A stretch of 64,000 nt of DNA from Callorhinchus milii (GCF_018977255.1 NW_024704742.1:106270001-106334000); one strand, 5' to 3'. Positions 38,371-50,989 are shown, counted from the first letter of the stretch. Numbers and translations are program-made. The notes: generated by a model not told the origin, from the sequence alone.

Positions 38371-39755
38371 AAGAGGTGATAATGTAATGATAAAAAATAT
38401 AGAAATAACACCACAAGATTAGGTGGCAAAATAAATCGATGTAGAAAATAGTAATGAAAAGAGAAACAGTAATCATTGACAATTGCTACTGGCAGAATGC
38501 TCAACCGAACAGGTAGATGACGAGTTGTTGAAACAAGTGAAGGAAACTGCAGGGATTTATGTGGTAATTGTTGGGCATTTCAATATTTCAGATGCAAAGT
38601 GAACAGATCAGCAACACTGAAAGGGAAGGGTAAAATGGCAATATACAGCAGATCAGTGAATTCTTCTTAACATGAGGCACAAAGTATTTAAGCAAGTTCT
38701 ATATTGGCCAGGAATAATCTACAGCCCAGAAATGGCTGAATAGTGGGTTCAAACAAATCAATTAATAGGTTGATTTAATATTATAATTAGCCTAGGAGAT
38801 AGAAAATTATCTGTGGCTTGTCAGCAGGAAGAGGCTTAATGGGCTTTTTTTAATTCAACACTTAATTTTTTTTAACGTGTAAAATGTTCATTAGAATCGG
38901 TTGCATTATAATCAGATTTCTACTGCAATGATAACATTAATTCCATTCCCAAACCCTCCTGGAGATAATTTCAAGAGTGGGCTCAAAATCAATAGGTGGC
39001 TCTGATTTATGCAGCACTTTTAGTATTGAATCAACACTAAAATCAACACTTGTGTCTCATGTGGGAAAATGAACCAACGCAGCCTAATGGTCTATTTATC
39101 AGCTGTAATCTATATTGTCCCCATCCCCATTATCAATGAGCAAGCTTTCAGTCATTCTGCTCCCAATATCTATAACTCCATTCCTGAGCTCCTTTGACTC
39201 ATCCCCTCCCTCCCCACTTTTAAAGCTTATTTTAACTTACTTCTTTGACCACGCTTCCAGTCACCTCCCCCTCCCCTTCCCACTGCCCCCAATTCAGGTA
39301 CCCAGACAGCTGTGTGAAGTGCTTTGAATCATCCTCCCAATGTGAGTGAAAGACAATGTAAACGAACTGTAATTTAAACTTGCAGGATAAATAGGGCAAG
39401 AACTTTACCTACTCTGCCTTGCCTTTTTAGGTCCTGGTCTCAGAAGAACATCACATTATCATGTCAAAGTGATGTTTTGCATTTGTCACACCTGCTAACT
39501 TTACAAGGAGATTGTTGATTTGTGAGCAGTGTCATGCTGTGAACTTGAACCACTAGGCTGACACTGGCCCAACGCATTGCATTGAAATCATTTTAAAAAA
39601 ACAACTCAAAGGTACAGTGCGAAGACAGAGTAGGTTGGACATTCTGAATGACGTCAAATGAGTCAAATTATCCTGATCCAAATCTCTCTTGTAAAGTTAT
39701 AATTTTGTATATGATCCTTACAACAACTAGAGTCTTCAAATTCCACCAGCCTTCA

Positions 39756-39941
39756 CCTGTAAGACCATCTTATCTTAAAGTGTATGATTGCGCAGAATTG
39801 TGAAAAATTCTCAAATTGAGTCTAAATCTGTGTCTGTTTTTCATAGATCTTTAAAAGAACCAGTTTCCAAATTAAGACTGAATGTAAGAATTTTCCACAA
39901 TTCTGCACAGTCTTAAATTTTAATAGGCGAAGACCTGATGG
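39756..39941. mobile_element. piggyBac-like MITE, second copy
   Basis: CCTGTAAGACCATCTTATCTTAAA...GCAGAATTGTGAAAAATTCT / AGAATTTTCCACAATTCTGC inverted arms; related to 3476-3652. The right end is decayed. Confidence 0.6.
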
Positions 39942-40032
39942 ATGTTGGACCACAGATGTTCAGTGTCAATCTTGGGTTAGTTTCAAATCCAAGTTCTTAA
40001 GTGACAAAAGGCAACATGCAAACTATCTGCAT

Positions 40033-40215
40033 TAAAAACAACAACTTGCATCAATATAGCGCCATTCGTGTATCATCTCAGAGCACTTAACAGTGACGTA
40101 GCTTGATGCTAAGCTGGAGGACTGAAAGCACGGTTGAAGAGGAAAGTATTCAGATGTGATTTGAAGATGGATAATGAGGTGCCGAGATTGAAGGATTCCA
40201 GAGATTTGGGATGCA
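40033..40215 (-). mobile_element. L2 3' fragment with type B tail
   Basis: AACAACAACTTGCATCAATATAGCGCC...TCTCAGAGCACTTAACAGT. Confidence 0.7.
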
Positions 40216-40227
40216 GTGGCCGAATCT

Positions 40228-40470
40228 GTCAGCCTAGCGTAATCGTAGTACACTCATCTCTGAATCAGAAGTTTGTGGGCTCAAGCCCAATGTCCGGACT
40301 TGAAATCACATATTCTCAGCTAACACTCCACTGTGCTGCTGGGGTTGTGCTGCATCATCAGAGGTGCAGTCCATCAGATGAGACATTAAACTGCCTGTTC
40401 AGATGGACTCCAAAGATTCCATGACACTGATCAAAAAGAGAAGAAATTTCTTCTTGGTGTCCTTGTCAAC
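40228..40470 (+). mobile_element. Deu-core SINE
   Basis: CTCTGAATCAGAAGTTTGTGGGCTCAAGCCC...CAGATGAGACATTAAACTGCCTGTTCAGATGGAC. Confidence 0.8.
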
Positions 40471-40484
40471 AATCTCATGGTTAT

Positions 40485-40900
40485 GCATAGGGAGTATCCA
40501 AACCAAGCTGAGAATTCCATACCCATTTACACATGGAAATCCCAGAGATAAATTGTTGGAATGGAATGTGCACTCTCTCCCTGGAGGAGCACATCCTGTT
40601 ACTTAATTCTGGAAAGTATTAGGCACAGGTTGACAAGAATCAAGGCTTGGGGACCCTAGAGTGTGTGTTGGGGTACTGCTGGAGTTTAACCAGCTAAAAT
40701 CACATAGCTTGCCACTGATATTGCTGACTGGCAAGCTTTCCCGCTGCATGTCTAGCTAGGACCACCCTACATGTTAGGGCTTTGGCTTGCAGGGTGAACA
40801 TGAGCTGAGTAGGATGACTCTCTGCTCCCAGTGACTAGTTTGCCCTTGCAGGACCTGCCGATGAGCCAGACTGGCTGTGCTGTCATCAGGAACCGGACTA
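40485..40900 (-). repeat. Unassigned repeat family X, long copy
   Basis: Reverse complement is collinear with 54690-55100 over about 400 bp. Confidence 0.85.
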
Positions 40901-41788
40901 CCAAGACCATCACAGAGGGTTGGCTCGATTCCGACATTCCATTGCCAGGCAGGTCACCTTGGAGCCAGTTCAGCTCCAAGGAGACCCCACTTACCCCCCA
41001 CCCCCCAAGTAGAATAGTATAAAATGCCAGGATTATTATTTGTTTGAAAGCAACTCTACTTTATTAACTGCATTAACTGTACAAGCAGCTGTACAGTTGT
41101 AGAATCTCTTAGAGATTCTAAGAATTTTTTTTAAAAAATCTTTACAGCGCACGCATCAGTGATGATATCAACAGGGCAGGTCAACTTGGTCCAATATAAA
41201 TGAAGGCTTCAGCGAGGAATCAGAGTTCATGTACTGTATCAATTAGAAGCTGAGCAAGCCTCTGCTACATTGTCACATGAGTAAGCATATCCTGGTAAGT
41301 GCTAATGGATTAGATGTTAACTATTGTTGGATCATTCAGCTTTAATGAAGTGCTTGTTCTGATATCTCTTTACTTGAAACTCAACCAGAGTCATTGCTGT
41401 AAGGGTTGCGAACACAGCAATATTGAAGCTAGTCAGTAACAATGATCCAAAATCCATTAGCAAGAACAGGCAAATTCTTGTTGTTGTGTAATTGAAACAG
41501 GTTCCCCAGAATACAGTGATCAGATTTTCAAGTAAGGTAACATCACGTGAGTTTCTATTTCTTTTGTTGCTCTTTAAAGTGAGAAGCGCTCCTAGAGGGG
41601 AATGGTTAAAGACCTTTGATATATCAAATGCAAGGATTATTAAAGTCCTTTTTTTTTGCAAAATAAAAGCTGGACTTTTTGTTTATTTTTCATGTCAAAA
41701 ACCAGGTTAGGAAAATTCAATGTCAAAATTGTTACTAAATTTGGTAGAAATTTGCCATAGATTTGCATTTTCTGACCATGTTAAAAAT

Positions 41789-42150
41789 GGTCCTGTAGCT
41801 CAGTGGTTAGAGCACTCGCTTTGCAAGCGAGAGACCTGGGTTCGATTCCCGGCAGGGTGAAACCTTGGGCAAGTTTCCTTACTCCACACACCTGCAAATA
41901 AAATAAAATAAATAATTAATAATAAATAAATTAATATGAAAATAAACAATCGCTCAAAAAAATAATAATAATAAATTTGTCATTTCAATCCATGACTGTT
42001 TGTGGGACACTGCTGTGCGCAATTGGCTGCCACATTTCGCCCACAAATATACAGTCAATTCATTTTACAGTCTATTCTGTGAAGCACTTTGAGACGTCTA
42101 GAAGACGTGAAAAGCGTTACATCAAATGCAAGGATTATTATTATTATTAT
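41789..42150 (+). mobile_element. tRNA(Ala-TGC)-derived SINE with a near-intact cloverleaf head
   Basis: D arm GCTC/GAGC, anticodon arm CTCGC-TTTGCAA-GCGAG, T arm CTGGG-TTCGATT-CCCGG, then SINE body and (TTA)n tail. The middle is an A-rich tract. Confidence 0.93.
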
Positions 42151-42232
42151 TAAATAGTCAGAAAAAAACACAATATTTTTCACAGCACAACTGCAAACAA
42201 CGTGTTCATTCTCAGATCCCTAGCAATCATTG

Positions 42233-42556
42233 AACATAAGAATTTGCTAGACGAAAGAAGACCAAGGTCTATCTAGTTCGCCTTCCACCATCCTGCGAAC
42301 ATTGCAAACCTTGGGCAAGTTTCCTTACTCCACACGCCTAATAATAATCCCTCCAAAACCCAAAACAATAATAAATTGGTCATTTTCAATCTACGACTGT
42401 TTGTGGGACATTACTGTGCGCAATTGGCTGCTGCGTTCGCCCACAAATATACAGTCAATTCACTTTACAGTGTGTTCTGTGAAGCGCTTTGGGACGTCCT
42501 CCCGACGTGAAAAGCGCTATATCAAATGCAAGGATTATTATTATTATTATCATTAT
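42233..42556. mobile_element. CR1 3' tip (-, 42233-42297) abutting a 5'-truncated young SINE (+, 42303-42556)
   Basis: Reverse GGCGAACTAGATAGACCTTGGTCTTCTTTCGTCTAGCAAATTCTTATGTTC; SINE tail AAGCGCTTTGGGACGTCCTCCCGACGTGAAAAGCGC. Confidence 0.85.
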
Positions 42557-44734
42557 AGGGTTCAGAGATCATCCATGAGCGTGCAATTTGAGCATCAATT
42601 GTCAGTACTTTGATGCGTCCACATCGAGGAAGCCCAAACCAGCAGGTAATTTAGCATTTATAAGAGAAAATCTTGTTTTTAAATAATTTTCACCCTCTCT
42701 GGGAATTTATGGTGAAATTTAGTAAAAACTGACCTTAAAGACCCCTAGAAATGGAACACAAAATAATTTTACTTGTTCTACATGAAGGTTACTATATAAA
42801 TGCAAGTTACTGTTGCTGAAGCATTCAGGCAAAGTGGAGTTGTCTGCATTTACCACCCTCCCACCCACCAACCTCTGTCTCCCCAGCCCCGAATCTGAAT
42901 GATCCCTAGATAAAGAGCTCTGAGACATTATTCTACATGAAAGGCGCTATATAAATACAACTTGTTGTGGTGGTGGTTGATTGCTGATAACTTTTGTAGT
43001 GTTAGTGAGGTCTTGAAGGCCTAGTGAGTAAATGCACTAAGTCACACAAATCATAAAGAGGCAGGGTGGATCCCAGTAAATTGTCATGTTAGCTGATCTC
43101 ATTTGAGGCTGCATTATTGAACTTAAGATCAGTTGTAGGCCATTTGGTACATTGAACCTGGCTCTACTGTTAATAGTTCTTTATCTCTTTAACCCCATCA
43201 TTGTAGGTACATGAGCAATCACTAGTTATACTGTAACCAACCTGAAGCCCAAGTGACATAACATTAATTCTTGAAGGTGCTCTCACTCCACATATAAATT
43301 TTAATCACACTCAGTTTGGCAAAGCAAACTTTTAGTCATGCAGTCGTACCTGCACAAATGTGATACAAAACCAAATACCTCCTTTACAGAACTTCCCTAT
43401 AAATGTAATGAATTATTCCAACTGAAGCTCACTGAGAACAGAACAGTTCGGTTTGTGATTCCACAGTATGTGCCACAAGATTGTAGGATACTGTATTTGT
43501 CCCGGTAATAAAATGTTGTTTTCCCCAAGATCGCAACCAATATAATACAAATATATTACAAAAGTACGAATTATTCATTTCCATTTTCAATAAACATCCT
43601 GCAATGTAAAATGATTCAGGAACTACAGGAAGGGAATGCTTTAGTGCAACTGCAAACATTTGGAAAATTGGACTCTAAATAAAACATTTTCAAAGACCTG
43701 CTGCAGGAATGATCTCCTGATTTGTGAAAAGTAAGATTGACTCTTTTTGATTAATATTTCAGCTAAATTATTGAAAAATACTGTGGTGCTGACATGTTTC
43801 ACACTTAGTTCAAAGTGTTATGAACTGTTTGTTATGATTGTTCACACAGACCTATGTAACAATAATTCTATAAATAACCATTAATTGTGTGCGTGATGTG
43901 TCGGCTCAACCCATTAATCAATCCACATTTTGTTTATTTAGACACAGCATCACCTTCAAATGCAATGAAAATGAAAGTCATATATTTCCATTTTCCTTTT
44001 GCAATCGTTTTCTGAAATTTAAGTCAGTCAATGCTGATTTTGTGCTATTAAATGCAGTCTATCAAGATGAATACAGAGGAAATGTCCCATGAACGCAATG
44101 AGGTGGTCTGCTGGTTAGGTAAGCGAAGCAATGGTTAAAATCCCAACAGAGAGAGATTCTTTATAAATTATACTAACCATTCTCGTCCCTCATGTTTTGT
44201 TGCTTGTTCAATCTAACATGCTTGAAATATGATGATTAAGATCATGTTGAAACCATTGTTTAATATGCCCTGTTTGTCAACACATTAATATATTAGTTTG
44301 CTGAGCTCTATAGGAAGCTCAATTCCATTTGGAACTGGATTCCCATCTGTACAAGACTGAAAATAAGATTAACACAAAAAAGAACATCTTTGTCTTAATT
44401 GGACTATCAAGTACGTGTTATCTCTGTTTCTCCTGTTTGACAAAAACAATTTAAATTATTTATAGAGATCAATTAAATTGAAATAAAATACTATATTATG
44501 GCAAAACATCTAAGAAAAGAGATTTATTTTTTAAAAATAAATCATTTTCTTAATGTTGATTTATTAAATTATGCTTTCAATCTTCAAAGCACAGACCTAT
44601 AATAACAATAACAATAATCCTTCATTGATATAACGTCTTTTCCATTAGAAAAATCTTCTCAAAGTACTTCACAGGACATACTGTAAAGTCGAGTGATTAT
44701 TTTGTGGATGAACAACTTTATTCTGATATAGTGA

Positions 44735-45056
44735 TTTGATTAAGGCATTTAAAATAATGAAAGGAATTGACAGGTTAGATAGTGGACAATGCTTCCCTTT
44801 GGGAGAGTGATCCAACACAAGGGAAGAATAGTCTTAAAATCAGAATTTCTTCACACAGAGAGTTGTGAAGATGTGAAATACCAAAAGTTGAAGAGGCTTA
44901 ATCAATTGGGATATTTAAAAGAAAGATGGATACCTATTTGATCAGTAGAGGTATTAAGAAATATGGTAAAAGAGTTGAGCATTAGGATGAAAAGCTCTTC
45001 AAGGATCTAATAAACTGGTGGAACAGGTTTGCTGAATGGCCTCCTCTTATTCCTGT
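44735..45056 (+). mobile_element. CR1 LINE 3' fragment
   Basis: DLIKAFKIMKGIDRLD-like frame, TTCTTCACACAGAGAGTTGTG, GCTGAATGGCCTCCTCTTATTCC. Confidence 0.85.
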
Positions 45057-45102
45057 TTAGCTATATTCTCTAGGTGATAGGAGCCTAAAAACAGTGCTTT
45101 TA

Positions 45103-45412
45103 TAATAATACATAATCCTTACATTTGATATAGTGCTTTTCACGTCTTCTAGATGTATCAAAGCACTTCACAGAATAGACTGTAAAGTGAATTGACTGTA
45201 TATTTGTGGGCGAAACGCAGTAGCCAGTTGTGCACAGCAGTGTCCCACAAATAGCCGTGGATTGAAGTCACTAATTTATTATTATTTTTTTCTTGAGGGT
45301 TTATTATCAGGCATGTGGAGTAAGGAAACTTCCCGAAGGTTTTGCCCTGCCAGGAATCAAAACCAGGTCTCTCGCTTGCGAGGCAAGTGCTCTAACCATT
45401 GAGCTACAGGAC
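45103..45412 (-). mobile_element. tRNA(Ala)-derived SINE, short form, full length
   Basis: Reverse complement GTCCTGTAGCTCAATGGTTAGAGCACTTGCCTCGCAAGCGAG...GCACTATATCAAATGTAAGGATTA. Confidence 0.92.
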
Positions 45413-46589
45413 TTTCAGCAAATTCTTCCCCACTTTAACTCTTTCGCTGGTCACGGGCAAAATATATTTGAGATTGAGCAAATATTTTGTATGGACTGTA
45501 ACATATGGTGTGCATCTGTCAATTTTATAAACAGGCTGTCAAGAAATGCCTCAAGAGAACAGAAGGTCATTTCAGGAAAAACATCAGGCTTGTAAGAGTA
45601 TAAACGTACTTCCAGGCTAACCCAGCAGTGACTGAAGGTTTTGTTGCAACACTGGCGGGGATTGTATTTCCCTCTTTCTTCAATAGTGGCAATGATAAGG
45701 AAATAGTACAGGATTTCTGCAGTGTAGTGTGGTGTGGTGAGCAGGTTGGAAGGTGAATAAACAAGTACTCCTTGTCCTGAGCTCTGTAATTTTCCTCTCT
45801 GAATTTTCCTGCAGGTGAATGATATTAGCTTCAGCTACGGTGTTGCGATAACGTGCTGAAGATAATACACGCTGTGAACTCTTGAACTCCAGGAGCATGA
45901 AGCAAATATAATTACATAAGCAATGCCCACTGAGACTGCTTTTGCTCTCTGAACACAGTCGACAAGAGGTCGCACTGGGGATGGTGCTGGTGCCTCTGTA
46001 GCATATTCAGCCTACTTTGGTGTAGTCTGTGACAGCAGCCCTAAAGTCACCAAGCAAAAAGATTTGTCCTTGTTAGAGACAACCTGGCAGGCTGAACCAG
46101 TTTGGCTGCTGTGTACCACCATGGGTCAATCCCACTGCTCCCAGTGGTGTCAATGGCAGGACACCGTTCTGTTATAAACACAGTAAGCTCACTTACATAT
46201 AGATATCACTGTGTGTGCAACACAGTGATATCACAAAGCAGTTTCAACAGATTTTAACATGATCTTATTTCAAGCATGTCAGCTTCACACGATTTACTAT
46301 TAAGTGTAAAATAACCACAAAAAATACGTTTATATTGAACCTTTCACATCGGGAAGACGTCTCAAAGAGCTTCACACATTTAAGAAAGACATTTCAGATT
46401 CCAGTGTCCTGTCCATTTATCAAGGTGCTTATGCATTAAATGTAGAAATCTGGGGGTTGTATCTATGGTTTGTAATAACCTTGAAAAAGAGCCTTTGAAA
46501 GGTTTTGAGCAATCAGAGTGTGATTTACACCAATTGCATTTAAATGTGTCTGTGCTGCTCAAGAAACCTTGTGTTAATAGCTATACACA

Positions 46590-46975
46590 GGAACTATTTC
46601 CTGAGGTGGGGAAATCCACAACAAGAGGACATAATCTTAAAATTAGACCTAGGCCATTTAAGAGTGAAATCAGGAAGTATTTTTTCACACAAAGGGGAGT
46701 GGAAAACTGGAACTCTTTCCCACAAAAGGCTGTGGATGCTGGATCCATTCATATTTTTAAGTCTGAGGTGGATAGATTTTTTGTTAGGTCAAGGGATATG
46801 GGGCAAAGGCAGGTAATTGGAGTTGAAGTATAGATCAGCTGTGATCTAATAGAAGGCGGAACAGGCTCAACAGCAACAATTTGCATATGTATAGCGCCCT
46901 TCACGTGGGGTAGCATCTTGGAGCGCTTGAGGGGCTTGAGGGGTTGAATGGCCTACTCCTATTCCTATGTTCCTA
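46590..46975 (+). mobile_element. CR1 LINE 3' fragment with an L2 type B tail inserted in its 3' UTR (~46868-46927, -)
   Basis: ORF 46465..46833 reads LFPEVGKSTTRGHNLKIRPRPFKSEIRKYFFTQRGVENWNSFPQKAVDA. The UTR GGAACAGGCTC...GAGGGGTTGAATGGCCTACTCC is split by the insert. Confidence 0.92.
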
Positions 46976-47669
46976 ATAGCAGATTGATCCAGGTTCCATT
47001 TGTATTTCATGGGCATTGCATTTAAGTTAACATGTAATGTGCATAGTTGCAAGCTTTATACTGAATGTGTATGCAATGTATTTTAGTAAAGGTACATGAA
47101 AAAGAATAAATGTATACCTATCCCATCAATATTTTTTAGCCTGCAAATAATTTATATTTACAAATAAATTTGGATGAGACTGGATCCTTATGCTCAGCCA
47201 GGTAGCAAGTGTGTGACAATATTTCATATTCAGGCATTATGATTGTAGGATCAACTGTGCTAAAGCTATATTTCAGTCAGCTGAGGCTCAATTTGATATG
47301 TGAGTCAAATGTTCCTGTGCCCGCTTTGTGAGTGACGTTAATCTGTCAAAGGGCACATATTAGTATATTAATATGCACATATTTGTAAATTTGATACAGA
47401 AAATATCAGGGGCAAGTAGATGTTGCGAATACATGAGTAAGGTGAGAACTGTGAGTGAGAGCGAGGCATAGAGGAGATACAGGACACTGACTATCACATC
47501 CAGGTACCAGGGTCTGTTAGAGGTAATGAGTTTTGTTTCTCTTTGCCAGGGTTAGTGGAGGGCACTGAGGTTTCTTTCCTTGTATGAATAAACTGTTATT
47601 CATAAACCAAATCTGTCTCTGTGTGCATTAAGTATCTGTCTGCCTCTGAGATCAAGGATACTGTGACTC

Positions 47670-48200
47670 TGAATCATAGAAATTTACAATCCAGAAGAAC
47701 GCCAATTAGCTCAACATTTTGGCTTTTTGAAACAGCAATTCATTTAATCCCATTAACTTGCCTTTTCCGCACACCCTTGCAGGTTATTCCTGTTTAGATA
47801 TCTATCTAGTTCCCCCTTGAAAGCTAATATAGATCCTGCCTTGACCACTATACTGGAAGGGCAATCCTTATCCAAACTCTGCGTTAAAAAAAATCTTCCT
47901 AATCTCCCCCTTTGCTACCTTGTTAATTATGTTACACAATTGCCTTCTAAGTCACTGACTCTCTTGACCGGCAGAAATAATTTCTCCCTATCTACGCTAT
48001 CAAAATCCCTCATCATTTTAAAGTCGTCTATCGGATCTCCCCTCAACCTTCTCTGCTCCAATGAAAATAGGCCCAGTTCATCGTCTTTAATATTATCCTA
48101 ATAAATTTCATCTGCATGCTTTCAAAAGTTCTGATGTCCTTTCTAAGGTGTGTGTGGGGGTAGACAAAAGTGGACACAATATTCTAACTGCAGCCCAACT
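47670..48200 (-). mobile_element. CR1 LINE 3' fragment
   Basis: Reverse reads LFSLEQRRLRGDPIDDFKMMRDFDSVDREKLFLP; GAATCATAGAAA tail. Confidence 0.88.
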
Positions 48201-48239
48201 AAAAATTCATTCAGGTATGCATCTCCTATTTAGTTTCCA

Positions 48240-48532
48240 TCAGTAATGTCCCAAAATAGCAGTGAAATGACAGATCAATCAATGTGTATTTTTTTGTGAA
48301 TTTGGATGAGGGAAGAAATATTGGCCAGGACACCGGGAAAAAGTTTTTTTTCAAATAGCATGATGAGACCTAAAACACCAGAACAGGCAGACAAGAACTT
48401 GGTTGAAATATTCATTCAATGTAACAGACAACATTTCTAACAATAGAGAGCTCCCTCACCACTATACTAAAGCGTCTGCCTAGATTATGAGTTGAAACTT
48501 CTAAACCAGAGAGTGCTACCCTCTGAGCCAAA
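48240..48532 (-). mobile_element. Deu-core SINE
   Basis: AATATTGGCCAGGACACCGGG...GAACAGGCAGAC...GAGAGTGCTACCCTCTGAGCCA. Confidence 0.75.
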
Positions 48533-49314
48533 CGATAGTCATACAAAATACACCTGTATTAATGTTCTATAGATAGAAATCTGCTTCTATATTCAAGATA
48601 ACTATATAATTTCCAATTATTGTGCATTCAGACACTTGCAAGTATTTTCAGTGGGGTTCCTGGTGTTATGATGATAACTAAGGAGCTTGTTTGGCAGGAT
48701 TATTTCTCACAGTGATTTTGTTGTAAATGGCCTTATTTTTCACCTTTCACACAAATAAGGTGATGTGTGCTGGAATTCAACACAATCCCTACTTTCAAAG
48801 ATTCTGCTGTACTTTTTTGGGGACCTAGTAATGGATGAGGGCTGTACTAGGCAGTCACTTACCTCATTCCAATGATATCTCAGGCTCAACGCTTAGAAAT
48901 GGCAGCCCTACCTGTGATTTTATTGTCATTTTGTTAATATTATCGAACGCAGGCGTTTCTGACACTTTCAGCAAAAGGAAGGGAGCCATCCATCTCCATC
49001 AAGAGGGAAAGGACAAGGCTTCACAGAAAGAAAAATAATCTGCTCCTTAAAACGCCTTAAAAGCACAAATGCCAAATAAAGTGGATTTTCATTTAACTTG
49101 CAATGCTTGGACTACATTCAAGGTTGGAGTTGATAGACTTGTTGGCACATTGACAAAATGGTGATTATTTGCATGATAATCTTTATCCATCAAAGCAGCT
49201 GCATGCTATAGCCTGACCACAGTGTTTCCTGCAGATATAGAGAGCCGAGCAAGCTTTGCAGCAAACTAAAAACTAAAGGCCAGAATTAGCCCTGAACTCA
49301 GCCTTTCCACTACC

Positions 49315-49590
49315 AATTCTAGCTTCTGCATCAGAAGATTGTGGTTTCAAGCATCATGTCAGGATTTTGAGCTCATATTCCAAGCACAATCCAAAACAAT
49401 GCTGAGGGAGTGCTGTTTTGTTGGTGGTACCATCTTTCAGATGTCTTGTCTGCTTACTAAATGCATCGTAAAGAACCCAAGATCCATTTAAAAAGAGAAA
49501 TAGATATCCGGGCAAACCACACAAAACTAAACCGGGCAGATGTCCTCCCAACATGAAAAGCACTATATCAAATGTCAGGATTATTTTATT
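49315..49590 (+). mobile_element. Deu-core SINE, decayed
   Basis: TCAGAAGATTGTGGTTTCAAGC...GCTGAGGGAGTGCTG...TTTCAGATG, then a SINE tail. Confidence 0.7.
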
Positions 49591-50164
49591 ATTTCATGGT
49601 TGTGTGCACAAATACATGGTCACTTTAAGGATAAACTCTGTGCAGCTCTTTGACAGATTTTAGTTGGTAAGGCACTATATCAAATGCAAGGAATACAGAT
49701 ATTTATATATTGTAAAAAAAATGAAATTCAGACATTTATTCTGGAGTTAGCATGACATAGCCTTATGTAATTTTTTAAAACTAAAGTTTGCAGCAATCTT
49801 TATTTGTTGGCATTAACTATTAGCTACCAGGTGACATGTTTCTTCCTTTTTCCATTTTTTTGTAAGTTTGAGTCAAGTGTTATTTGTTTTGTAAATTTTG
49901 GATCCTAGAGAAGCCTCCAAGCTTTTTTTGTGAATTACTCTGTCTTTGAGAAGTAAAATTTACCCTCTCTCAGACTTGAACAAAATTGTTTATGTTTTAC
50001 GAATCGGACAGGCCAGGCATCGATAAAATGTTAATATTCGGTCAGGAAGAGTGAAGATTTCAACCTTCATCAGCAGATCCATCCTGGAAAATAAATATTT
50101 AAGCAATGAAAATCTCTACAGGAAATTCCAGAGCTTAAAATTTACAAAACAAAAATAGGTTGCT

Positions 50165-50443
50165 TCAAAATTGTTAAAAGAAACAGAGGGGAGTTTAGGG
50201 GAAAAAAAATTTCACCCAGGGAGTTGTTCGGATCTGGAATGTATTACCTGAAAGGTGTAGTGGAAGCCGATTCAATCACAACTTTTAAGAGAGAAGTAGA
50301 TGGGTATTTGGGGAGGACAAGATTGCAGGCTATGGAGAGAAAGCGGGTCAGTAGGATTGAGTTGGATTGCTCTTTTCAGAACCGGCGTAGACACAATGGG
50401 CCGAATGGCCTCTTTCTGTGCTGTGTGATTCTATGATTCTATG
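50165..50443 (+). mobile_element. CR1 LINE 3' end
   Basis: FTQGVVRIWNVLPE / VVEADSITTFKREVDGYL; AATGGGCCGAATGGCCT stem; (ATTCTATG)n tail. Confidence 0.92.
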
Positions 50444-50989
50444 AAAATAAAAAAAATGGCAGAGCAAATCAAGCACAAGCAATAACGTTACAGCAGCTGT
50501 AACTACTACACATGGAATTAATGTATAATGTTACTTTAAGAGAGTGCTTTGATTCTAATGGAAGTTACTCAATGCATATGCAACGGTGTATCACCTGATA
50601 TGTGTTGTAAGTAAACATCATCTGCTGCCATGTGTTTCAAAGAGAGTTGCAACAGAATTTATCTGATCAAAGTGTGTAGAGAAACTATTATTACATCCCT
50701 TGGTATTCCAGCAACTTCCTTGATGGCGATGATTTTTTCAGTATGGTAAGTTGTGCAATGCTGAAAACAAAACAACTTTTTAAAAAATATTCGGTAACAG
50801 AAGCTTGTATATAAAAAAAATTGGAACAGAGGTGATAAACAAGAGTGTGATATACCCTCAGAAGTTGAGGTTACACATCCCCTACTTGAAAAGATTTTTA
50901 AAGATTTGCTAGCTGAAAACAGGTATGTTGCCATAGTAAACCTGTCAATAATAGTCACTGTTTTTGTGGAAAGACAAGATCACAAGAAA

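Noticed and set aside
41789..41860. Bona fide tRNA-Ala gene
   Set aside because: It runs directly into the SINE body, has no T-run terminator, lacks G3:U70 and has a mismatched 1:72 pair.
46202..46232. CACTGTG-7nt-CACAGTG inside a 13-bp inverted repeat, resembling an Ig/TCR D segment between RSS heptamers
   Set aside because: No nonamer (GGTTTTTGT or ACAAAAACC) at 12- or 23-bp spacing on either side, and no V or J segments nearby.
50912..50945. ENRYVAIV resembling the GPCR DRY motif
   Set aside because: No flanking transmembrane helices in frame.
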